From NCBI RefSeq assembly GCF_963921235.1, contig NC_086101.1, positions 8,372,001-8,436,000 of the forward strand: a stretch of 64,000 nt of DNA, written 5' to 3'. The notes under the pieces are model-generated. The model was not told the origin of the DNA. It saw nothing but the letters and a program-made list of their open reading frames with translations, and did no database searches. The position numbers were made by a program, and so were the translations under genes. The DNA is from Mobula hypostoma (Eukaryota). Below are positions 23,623 to 34,683 of the stretch, piece by piece. How positions within the stretch are numbered: the stretch's first letter is position 1; each line of letters begins with the position of its first letter.

Positions 23623-25010
23623 AGTCATTGTCATACTTTATTGATCCCGGGGGAAATTGGTTTTCGTTACAGTTGCACCATAAATAATAAATAGTAATAG
23701 AACCATAAATAGTTAAATAGTAATATGTAAATGATGCCAGTAAATTATGAAATAAGTCCAGGACCAACCTATCGGCACAGGTTGTCTGACCCTCCAAGGG
23801 AGGAGTTCTAAAGTTTGATGGCCACAGGCAGGAATGACTTCCTGTGACGCTCTGTGTTGCATCTCGGTGGAGTGAGTCTCTGGCTGAATGTACTCCTGTG
23901 CCCACCCAGTACATTATGTAGTGGATGGGAGACATTGTCCAAGATGGCATGCAACTTGGACAGCATCCTCTTTTCAGACACCACCATGAGAGTCCAGTTC
24001 CATCCCTACATCACTGGCCTTACGAATGAGTTTCTTGATTCTGTTGGTGTCTGCTACCCTCAGCCTGCTGCCCCAGCACACTGCCCCAGCACACAACAGC
24101 AAACATGATAGCACTGGCCACCACAGACTCGTAGAACATCCTCAGCATCGCCCGGCAGATGTTAAAGGACCTCAGTCTCCTCAGGAAATAGAGACGGCTC
24201 TGACCCTTCTTGTAGACAGCCTCAGTGTTCTTAGACCAGTCCAGTTTATTGTCAATTCATATCCCCAGGTATTTGTAATCCTCCACCATGCCCACACTGA
24301 CCCCCTGGATGGAAACAGGGGTCACCGATACCTTAGCTCTCCTCAGGTCTACCACCAGCTCCTTAGTCTTTTTCAGATTAAGCTGCAGATAATTCTGCTC
24401 ACACCATGTGACAAAGTTTCCTACCGTAGACCTGTACTCAATCTCATCTCCCTTGCTGATGCATCCAACTTTGGCAGAGTCATCTGAAAACTTCTGAAGA
24501 TGACAAGACTCTGTGCAGTAATTGAAGTCCGAGGTGTAAATGGTGAAGAGAAAGGGAGACAAGACAGTCCCCTGTGGAGCCCCAGTGCTGCTGATCACTC
24601 TGTCGGACACACAGTGTTGCAAGCACACATGCTGTGGTCTGCCAGTCAGGTAATCAGGAATCCATGATACCAGGGAAGCATCTACTTGCATCGCTGTCAG
24701 CTTCTCCCCCAGCAGAGCAGGGCGGATGGTGTTGAACGCACTGGAGAAGTCAAAAAACATGACCCTCACAGTGCTCGCTGGCTTGTCCAGGTGGATGTAG
24801 ACACGGTTCAGCAGGTAGACGATGGCACCCTCAATTCCTAGTCAGGGCTGGTAGGTGTACTGGAGGGGATCTAAGTGTGGCCTGACCATAGGCCGGAGCA
24901 GCTCCAGAACAAGTCTCTCCTGGGTCTTCATGATGTGGGAGGTCAATGCCACCAGTCTGTAGTCATTGAGGCCACTGGGGCATGGCGTCTTCGGCACAGG
25001 GACAAGGCAG
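23623..25010 (-). mobile_element. Rex1/Babar-type LINE, 5'-truncated
   Basis: ORF 24257..24769 (MFFDFSSAFNTI, GAPQGTVLSPFLF, KFSDD); ORF 24842..25096 (LNDYRLVALTSHIMK); GCTAAT duplicated at 23617-23622 and 25011-25016. Confidence 0.88.
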
Positions 25011-25537
25011 GCTAATGTATCTGCCTCTACTGCCTCCCTCGACAGCGTAGTCCAAGCACTTATACTCTCTGTGTAAAAAAAAACTACCTCTGACAACCCC
25101 CTCTATTTCCTCCTCGTATCAGCCATTTCTATCCTGCGGGAAAAAATCTTTGATCTCCACTCCATATCTCTCTGATCATCTTGCACACCCCTATTAAGTC
25201 TCTTCCTCCTTAGCTCCAATGAGAAAAACCCTAGCCTGCTAACCTTTCATCATAAGACACATGCTCTGATTCAGGCAGCATCCTGCTAAATCTCTTCTGC
25301 ACCCTTTCTAAAACTTTCACGTCCTTCCTATAATGAGGGAACTAGAACTGAAGAGAATATGACTGACACCAGAAATTCTGCAGGTGCTGGATATCCAGAG
25401 CAACACGCACAAAATGCTAGGCAGAATCTATAGTCAACCCGAGTCCTTTCTTCAGGACTCAGGTCAGTAATATTACTGTCTTTTTTCCATTCACATTATT
25501 AGTGAGGGATCTGATTATCCAAGTGTTGGCTGAGGGA

Positions 25538-25716
25538 AACAACAGGAATTCTGCAGATGCTGGAAATTCAAGCAACACACATAAATGTTGCTGGTGAATG
25601 CAGCAGACCAGGCAGCATCCTGACCTTCCTGACGAAGGGTCTCGGCCTGAAATGTCGACTGCACCTCTTCCTAGAGATGCTGCCTGGCCTGCTGCGTTCA
25701 CCAGCAACTTTTATGT
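25538..25716. mobile_element. Fold-back mini-element made of Penelope terminal-repeat halves
   Basis: Inverted halves of the terminal repeat; 15-bp TSD GTGTTGGCTGAGGGA (25523-25537, 25717-25731). Confidence 0.85.
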
Positions 25717-26517
25717 GTGTTGGCTGAGGGAGAAGCATTGTCCAAGGCAGTGATCAGTGATGTTACTCCCAGCTTCTGGTTCAGTGAGCCTTTGGAATAT
25801 TGTTGTGCATGTGGTCCAAGTCAAAGTAAATTTATTATCAAAATACGTCACTATATTCTACCCTGAGATTCATTTTCTTGCAGGCATTTGCAGGAAAATA
25901 AATAAATACAATAAAAGTTATGAAAAGCTATACATAAACAAGACTGACAAAGAAAAAATATGCAAAATGCATAATGAGCATTTATTACACGGTTATTAAA
26001 AATATGAAACTTGAGTTGTAAAGAGTCCATGAAACTGTGTCTGTCGTTCAAAATTGTGGTGGGTGAAATCCACGCTGGTTCAAGAGCCTGATGGTTGTAT
26101 AGTACTAACGGATCCTGGACCTGGCAGTGTGGGACCTAAGGCTCCTGAGCCTCCTTCCCGCTGGTTGCAAGAAGAGAGCATGGCCTGGATCGTGGGGGTC
26201 CTTGATGATGCATGATGCTTTATTTGTGGCGGTGCTCCTTGTAAGTGTGCTGAATGGTGGGGAGGGCTTTACCTGTGGTGGACGGGGCTGCACCACTTTC
26301 TGTAGACATTTTTGTTCCTGAACATTTGGTGTTTCCCTACCAGGACATGATCGAACCAGTCAGGACAATCTCCACTGTGCACCTACAGGAATTTGTCAAC
26401 GTTTTGGTGACATGCTGAATCTAGCTCATCTGTTCACCTGCTATACCCTTAACCTGTCAATATATCAGTGGGCTCCAATGCATTTGTTATGGCTACCTCC
26501 CTAACAACCTGAAGAGC

Positions 26518-26962
26518 CTGTGAGGGTGTTTTCTGGAGTTAGGGTAAATAGCAAATGTTAGTTTCACCATTAACCAATCTTCAGATTTGAATGTGGATTG
26601 TGGATTGTGGATTGAATTTAAAATGCAGCTCAGAACAATTAGACTTCAGTTGCCCACATAAGCATGAAGGCAGCCTGGAGTCAGTAAGGATTGACATTCA
26701 TCTGGGTGTCTGGAGTGTGGGTGCAAAGCAGGGGGTGTGTGAAAACTGTATGTAAGTCGAAGGAAGCATTGTAGATACATTGTAACTGGAGAATTGTCCT
26801 GCTGTTACCTTTGATCTTTAGCATATAAAACTGTCATGTAATCTTGGGTCAAGCAGGCCTCTTCTTCCAAGAGTCTCTCAATATGATGCCTGTTGCTTGT
26901 TTTTGCTGAAGAAAACGCTTCTATAGCCACTAGCTTCAGTGGTGATTTTGTTCACAGTTACA
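26518..26962 (+). mobile_element. LTR-like repeat; a second, inverted copy at ~39650-42292 is split by a CR1
   Basis: TG...CA ends and TATAAAA near 26824; reverse-complement similarity to 39650-39700 plus 41923-42292; no clean TSD found. Confidence 0.6.
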
Positions 26963-27769
26963 AAAGAGCACATGGGTGAGTGGCACCACAGGTAGGTCTG
27001 CTGCCTAGAGCCAGGTTCAATCCCGCCCTCTGGCACTGCCTCCGTGGGTTCAATCCCGCCCTCTGGCACTGCCTCCGTGGCTTCAATCCCGCCCTCTGGC
27101 ACTGCCTCCGTGGGTTCTGTGCTTTGCCTGTGACCATTTGGCTTCCGACGTGCCAATAACATGCTGGTGGTATAAATCATCCTGGCGTGGGCAAATGGAG
27201 GGGAGGGGTGGGGTGTGGATGGCTTGTTAGGGAGAATAAGCCACAGTTTTGGCAGGGAAACGAGAGAGGGGCACTGGGATTGGGAGGAAGGCTCTGCTGG
27301 GAGCCATCATTCAGTTTTAAAATTTATTTTACTGAGAGACACAGCGTGGAAGAGGCCCACCCAGTCCTTCGAGCCATGCTGCCCAGCAACCCCTGAGTTA
27401 ACCCTAGCCTAATTGCAGGACAATTTACAATGACCAACTAACCGGTATATCTTTGGACTGTGGCAATAAACTGGAGAAAACGCTGGAGGATGTACAGACT
27501 CCTTACAGAGGGCATTGGGATTGAATTCTGACCCCCAACGACCTGAGCTGTAATAGGGTCACTGCTCTGCTGAGGTGATCTGGGCGCAGTGGTCTGAATG
27601 GTCTCTTCCTCTGTGATAAGACGGACAGTCTGCTGATTGAGGTAGCATTTTCTAATGTCCTCAACCCAGCTGAGTGAAAGGCCCTAGCAGAAGTTGGTCC
27701 TACGTTGCCCCTTCCTCTGGATTGTAGCCTGGAATGAGGGGATATGCAGTGCATGAAGGCAGGTGGGAC

Positions 27770-28325
27770 GAGCAACACCTCATACTCTGTCTGGGTAGCC
27801 TCCAACCTGATGGCATGAACATCAATTTCTCCGGCTTCTGATCATTTCTCCCCCTCCCCCTTCCCTCTTCCCTCTTCTTCTATTGGTCTCCCTCTTACCT
27901 CTTCTCTTCTCCTCACCTGCCTATCACTTCCACTTAGTGGCCTATTCCCTCCCCTTTTTCCCATGATCTACTCTCCTCCAATCAGATTCCTCCTTCTCCA
28001 GTCATTTACCTTTTCCACCTATCACTTCCCAGCTTCTTTCTTCGTCCCCACTCCCCCACCTACCTGGCTTCACCCATCACTTTCTAGCTTGTATTCCTTC
28101 CCCTCCCGCCACCTTCTCATTCTGGCATCTTCGCTCTTCCTTTCCAGTCTTGATGAAGGGCCTCAGCCTGAAACACCAGTTGTTTTTTTCATTTCTACAG
28201 ATGCCTGACCTGCTGAGTTCCCCCAGCATTTTGTGTGTGTTGCTCAGGATTACTTAGGTAGGCATTGTGGTCAGATGCTCCCTGGCCTGCTGAGTTCCTC
28301 CAGCATTGTGTGTGCGTAGCTTGCT
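27770..28325 (+). mobile_element. Older Penelope-like 3' fragment
   Basis: GAGCAACACCTCATACTCTGTCTGGGTAGCCTCCAACCTGATGGCATGAAC matches the GIY-YIG end; a degenerate terminal repeat follows. Confidence 0.8.
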
Positions 28326-29269
28326 GTTCTGCACAGTGTTATATGATCAATTCTGAGGTACCAAGAATCTTGCCATCAGTTAACTCTTGGCCGAAGCCCT
28401 GGGTCAATGTCTGCAAGTCCTCTAGGACAGTCTGCAATTGTACGAGTCTGAGTCCACTGGAGGCTGCAGGCTGGGAGATGGCCTGTCTTGGAGTTTGATG
28501 ATTGTCCACCTTGCGCATGGCTGGGTGGCGGGTAGGTACGGGACTTGTTTTGCCATTTTTGTTTTGTGAACCTGCTATATGGACACTTGCAGGCTGCCCC
28601 CAGCATGTCCTTAGGTGTGGTTGTTATCACAAATGTTTACATATGATAAATAAATGTATCTGAACCCCCTGAAAACATTCATTGCTCTTTATGGGATCTT
28701 GATGTACAGAGTTAATTGGGTGCAGAACTCATGTTACAGATGGACTGAATGTTTCTATCTGAAAGACCCAATTGGAAGGAACCAGGTCAGTCTCTCTTGT
28801 TCTCACTTTCTCTTTGTCTTGTCCTCTATGCTCTTCTTCACTCATTTATTTCTTCCTCCCTTCAGTCTTTGATTCTGCTTTCTTCTTTTGCTCCTTTGTT
28901 CTCGCTCTTTTCTTCTTGTGCCCTCTCCTCTCTCCTCTTATTCCAACCGTCCACTTTTCCCACTTCCCCTTCTTTTGCTCCTTAGAATCAGGTTTATTTT
29001 CACTGATATATGTCATGAAATTTGTCGTTGCAGTGCGATACATTAAAAATTACCACAAGTTACAGAGAGAAATATTTTTTTTAAAAATCAATAAATATTG
29101 CAAAAAGAGAGGAAATTAGTGAGTTTGTGTTCATGGGTTCATGGGCTGTTCAGAAATACAATGGTGGACGGGAAGAAGCTGTACCTAAACATTGAGTGTG
29201 TTTCATCAGGCACCTGTAGCTCCTTCCTGATGGTAGTAATGAGAAGAGGGTATCACGAGGCTCCTTAAT

Positions 29270-30750
29270 AGAACATAGTACATAGAACATAGAAATTTAC
29301 AGCACATTACAGGCCCTGCGGCCCACAATATTGTGCCGACCATGTAACCTACTTTAGAGAATGCCTAGACTTTACATTGTGCATAGCCCTCTATTTTTCT
29401 AAGCTCCATGTACCTATATGAGAGGCTCTTCCACTTCCACCACCACCACCGGCAGTGCATTCCACACACCCACGACTCTGTGTGGAAAAACGTACCTCTG
29501 ACAACCCCTTGTACCTACTTCCAGGCACCTTAAAACTATGCCCCCTCATTTTAGACATTTCAGCCTTGGGAAAGAGCCTCCGGCTATCCACACAATCAAT
29601 TCACCTCATCATCTTATACACCTCTATCAGGTCACCTCTCATCCTCTTTCACTCTAAGGAGAAAAGGCCAAGATCATAAGGTGTGCTCTCCAATCAGGCA
29701 ACATCCTTGTAAATCTCCTCTGTGATCTCTCTATAGTATCTACATCCTTCCTGTAGTGAGGTGACCAAAACTGAACACAGTACTCCAAGTAACACACATA
29801 AAAGTTGCTGGTGAACGCAGCAGGCCAGGCAGCATCTCTAGGAAGAGGTATAGTTGATTTCCTCGTGTTTACAGTACTCCAAGTGGAGTCTAACCAAGGT
29901 CTTATATAGCTGTAACATTACCTCACAGCCCTTAAACTCAATCCCACAGTTGATGAATGCCAACACACCATACGCCTTCTTAACAACACTGTCAACCTGC
30001 GCAGCAGCTTTGAGTGTCCTATTGACACGGACCTCAGGATCTCTCAGTACCTCCACACTACCACGAGTCTTTCCATTTATATTACAAACGTATATTTTGT
30101 CTTCAAATTGGACTTACCACTTCACACTTATCTGGGTTGAACTCCATCTGCCCCTTCTCAGCCCAGTTCTGCATCCTACAGAGAGTCCCCATGTCCCGCT
30201 GTAACCTCCGACAACCCTCCAGACAATCCAGAACACCCCCAACCTTTGTGTCATCAGAAAACTTACTAACCCACCATTCTACTTCTTCATCCAGGTCATT
30301 TATAAAATTCACAAAGAGGAGGGGTCCCAGAACAGATCCCTGTGGAACACCACTGGTCACTGACCTCCGTGCAGAATGCAAACCATCTACAACCACCCCT
30401 TGCCTTCTGTGGGCAAGCCAATTTTGGATTCACATAGCAAGGATCCCATGCCTCCTTACTTTCTGAAGGAGCCTTGCATGGGGAACCTTATCAAATGCCT
30501 TACTGAATTCTATATACACTATATCCACTGCTCTACCTTCATCAATGTGTTGTTACATCCTCAAAAAATTCAGTCAGGCTTGTAAGGCAGGACATGCCCT
30601 TGACAAAGCCATGCTGACTATCCCTAATCAGATTATGTCTCTCCAAATGCTCATAAATCCTGTCCCTCAGGATATTCTCCAACAACTTGCCCACCACTGA
30701 AGTCAGACTCACTGCTCTGTAATTTCCTGGTCGATAATGATCTTTCCTCT
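29270..30750 (-). mobile_element. CR1 LINE (RT region), with an 80-bp Penelope-repeat insertion at 29791-29870
   Basis: ORFs with SGVPQGSVLGPLLF, SKFSDDTK and NYRAVSLTSVVGKLLE; CATAG tail. The insertion is flanked by a 14-bp TSD ACAGTACTCCAAGT. Confidence 0.92.
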
Positions 30751-32208
30751 CTCCTCTCATGCCCTCCCTCTTTATTTAACAAAGAATATAGATTAGTATA
30801 GCGCAGAACAGACAGTTGCTGTGCTGACCTTTTAACATACTCTAGGATTAATCCAGCCCTTCCCAGTTCATGTTCAAGTTGAATTGTGAGCGACCATACA
30901 TGATACAGCAAAACGAATCAGCATTGCTCCCACTTGGCTCTCCATTTTTCTTTCATCCCTGTTGCTATACAAGAGTCTCTTAAATGCCTCTAATGTATCC
31001 ACATCCACCATCACTCCCGACAGGGCATTCCACACACCCGCCGTTCTCTGTGTAAAGAAACCTATCTCTGATGTTCTCCCTGTCCTTTCCTCCAATCACC
31101 TTAAAATTACCCCAGCTCATACTAGGCATTTCAGCCCTGGGCACAAGTCTCTGGCTGCCCACTCCATCTGTGTCTCTTGTACACCTCTCTCAGGTCACCT
31201 CCCATTTCTCTCACTTTAAAGTTCTTTTGTTCTCACAGACAGAGTAATAGTTTGGCATAGACGAGATGGGTCATGGGGCCTGTTTCTGTTCCGCAGTGCT
31301 CCACGACTCTTTCATTCCACTTTCTCAAGTCTTCTCTTTCTGTCTCCCACAGGTCTGACTGCACTCAGGGCAGCTGGCTGTGCTGTCCTCCAGTCACCTT
31401 AAAATGATGCCACATCCCCCTTGGGCAAAAAGCCTCTGGCAGTACACCTGACCACCTTTGTCTCATAGAGTCATAGAAAAGTACAGCAGTGAAACACGCC
31501 CTTTGGTCCGTTTAGTCCTTGCTAAACTATTTAAACTGCATACACCTGTCTCACATACATCTCTATCAAGTCACCTCTTTTTTCTCTCACTGTAAACTAC
31601 TTTTGCACTCGAGGCAGAATAGTACTTCAGAACAGATTAGAAAACACAAAGAATTTACAGAAAGCTTTGCTTTAAATGCAGTATGAGTCAGGAGGTCATA
31701 TTGGCAACAGTACTGAATATAAAGTTCAGCTTGAAGTTCAAGTTCAGTTTATTAGATAGCTAGGATGCCTAAGACTTTTGCACAGTTCTGCAGTAACTTT
31801 ACATATTGCACTGTACTGATGCCATGAAAATAAACAAATTCCACGACACATGTGAGTGACAATAAACCTGATTCTAATACGGGTCTCTATTGTGGACTAA
31901 GAGAGGGAAGGGTGCAGAGAGAGGGGTGTCATGGTTGGGAAAAGGGGAAGGGAGAGGGGAGGGAGCAGGAAGCACCAGAGAGACATTCTATAATGATCAA
32001 TAAACCAATTGCTAGGAATTAAATGACCTTGCCTGGTGTCTCAGGACTAGGTGTGCCTGCACCCTCACTACCTCACACCCTTGTCCCTGCTGTTCCACTC
32101 TGCCTCCTGTGGCTCTCCACGCTTGCCATTCCGAAAATCCTTTGCTCCCACCAAATTTACAAAATCGCTCTCCACTCCATGTTGAGAAGTACAGTACTGT
32201 CAACAAGT

Positions 32209-32723
32209 AACACACATAAAATTTGCTGGTGAACGCAGCAGGCCAGGCAGTATGTACAGTCGACGTTTCGGGCCAAGACCCTTCGTTACGACTAACTGAA
32301 AGAAGAGCCAGTAAGAGATTCGAGTGGCTTGCCCACAGAAGGCAAAGGGTGGTTGTAGATGGTTTGTATTCTGCATGGAGGTTGGTGACCAGTGGTGTTC
32401 CACAGGGATCTGTTCTGGGACCCCTCCTCCTTGTGAATTTTATAAATGACCTGGATGAAGAAGTAGAAGGGTGGATTAGTAAGTTTTCTGATGACACAAA
32501 CGTTGAGGGTGTTCTGGATTGTCTGGAGGGTTGTCAGAGGTTACAGCGGGACATGGGGACTTCAAATCTCTGACTAGCTCTTCTTTCAGTTCTGATGAAG
32601 GGTCTCGGCCCGAAACGTCGACTGTACCTCTTCCTAGAGATGCTGCCTGGCCTGCTGTGTTCACCAGCAACTTTTATGTGTGTTGCTTGAATTTCCAGCA
32701 TCTGCAGATTTCCTCATGTTTGC
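32209..32723. mobile_element. Composite insertion: inverted Penelope repeat half + CR1 segment + forward Penelope repeat half
   Basis: TSD ACTGTCAACAAGT (32196-32208) / ACTGTCAGCAAGT (32724-32736); the central ~32325-32561 is CR1 RT sequence. Confidence 0.85.
32587..32624 (+). ncRNA. Minimal hammerhead ribozyme motif (intact core)
   Basis: CAGTT-CTGATGA-A-GGGTCTCGGCCC-GAAAC-GTC-GACTG. Confidence 0.68.
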
Positions 32724-34009
32724 ACTGTCAGCAAGTCTTAGGCAGCCCAGCTATATATTTCTGCCCAAGACTTTTGCACAGTACTGTATATACCGGCAAA
32801 CAAAACAATGTTCCTCCAGACCATGGTGCACAACGCAGTACTTATAACTCACACATACAATGCAAAGTAATTTTACCAAAAATAAATTAACAAATAATAA
32901 GGTGCATTTATGACACAAGTTAAAAAGTAAACAGTGTAACGCTTCATACGTGATGAAACCTGAGCGGTGGCAGGGAGTTCAGAAGTCTCACGGTCTGGGG
33001 GAGAAGCTGTTTCCCATCGTATCAGTTGTTGCCCTAGTGCTGTGGTACGTCTTGCCTGATGGTAGGGGGACATTGGACAGATGGGAGGAATCATTGACAA
33101 CGCTGGGGGCCCTGTGTATGCGCTGCTCCTGTTAAGTATCTCTGATGGGTAGAAGAGAACCCGATGGTCTTCTCAGCTGTCCTCACAATGCGTTGTAGGA
33201 CTTGCAGTCCGAGGCTTTGTAATTCTCTTACCGGAGGGTGATGCAGCTGGTCAGGACATTCTTGATAGTGCTCCTGTAAAAATTGACTGGAATGGCTTGG
33301 GATTGGGGGGCGGGGGGGGCGTGCGGGTTGCGGGGAGAGGGGGGTGGAACCTCACTCATCTCAATCTCCTCAGAAAGTGGAGATGCTGTTGTGCTTTCTT
33401 GACTAAAATAAGCAGTCAGGTGTTGAGGGAGCAGGTGAGATTGTTATGTGTACCGCCTGAAACTCGGTGCTCTTAACTCTCAGTTTAATAAAAGTGAAAT
33501 TGTCAACTCCATATGCCAGTTAACCCACAAAGTGAAAGCAAATCAGATCGACTTCTGGTTTCTGGAGGCAGAGGTAGTTTGACGCTTCAGCAATGTGAGA
33601 GTTAAGTTCTCTCCTGAACAGCTTCAGAGTAGGTCACACTTCCTGTTTGCAGAACCTGTTTTCTGAATGCATTGTTCATGGTAAACAGAGACATTTCTGA
33701 TGACTATCAACAGGCTTGTGGTTAAAAACAAAGGTAGACTTAAAGCTCCTACGAGGTCGGGTCTCCGTCTACGGCCTCGTCGGCTTTGTTGGGCTGGGGG
33801 AGCCGGACCCCGAGCAGGCTAGGTTGCACCCCTCACAGCAGGGAAGGTGGAGGGGACATCCAATGGGTACACGTTGAATCCTGGAGTTTTTTACGATCAA
33901 AGTCAGGTCATGACATTTGTTCTGTATGGCATTTTTGTTACAAGAACAAAGAAATCTTGGTCATCTTAGACAGAGGTATCTAGCTCAGAATAAAAAGATA
34001 ACAACATTC

Positions 34010-34565
34010 TACAGAATTACAGAAAAGGACAGTATAGAAACAGGCCATTTGGCCATCTGTGCCTAGTTCTATACATCTGCACCAGGACCATAGCTCTCCA
34101 TACCCCTCCCATCCATGTACCTAGCCAAACTTCTCTTAAACATTGAAATCAACCCGGCATGCACCACTGGTGCTGGCAGCTTATTCCGCACTCTCACGAC
34201 CCTCTGAGTGATGAAATTTCCCTTCATAGTCCCCTCAAACTTTTCACATTTCACCCTTAACCCATGACCTCCAGTTGGAAAATCCTTCTTGCATTTACCC
34301 TATCTATACTTCTCGTAATTTTGTATATCTCTATCAAATCTCTTCTATGTCTTCTATATTTCAAGGAATCAAGTCCTAACCTATTCGATCTTTCTTTATA
34401 ACTCAGATCCTCCAGCCCTGACAAAATTCTTGTAAACTTTCTCTGTACTCTTTCACCCTTACTTCCTGTCAGTAGGTGACCAAAACTGCACGATACTCCA
34501 AATTAGTCTTAAAAACGTCTTATAAAACTTCAACATAACATCCCATTTCTTGAACTCAATACTCA
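34010..34565 (-). mobile_element. Older CR1 3' fragment
   Basis: ORF 34069..34254: FITQRVVRVRNKLP...FKRSLARYMD. Confidence 0.85.
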
Positions 34566-34683
34566 ATTCCAGTGATAACAATTAACCTGTAAAATAGTCT
34601 GATTCAAGAGGTGTGATATCTGATGCAGAAGAAGTTTCCAGAAAACCACAGAAGCAGATATACTACAATTACTGGAAAATTTA

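Noticed and set aside
31320..31400. Splice acceptor-like TTCTCTTTCTGTCTCCCACAG followed by a possible exon
   Set aside because: The AG is not retained in the paralogous arm, and no donor or recognisable coding sequence follows.
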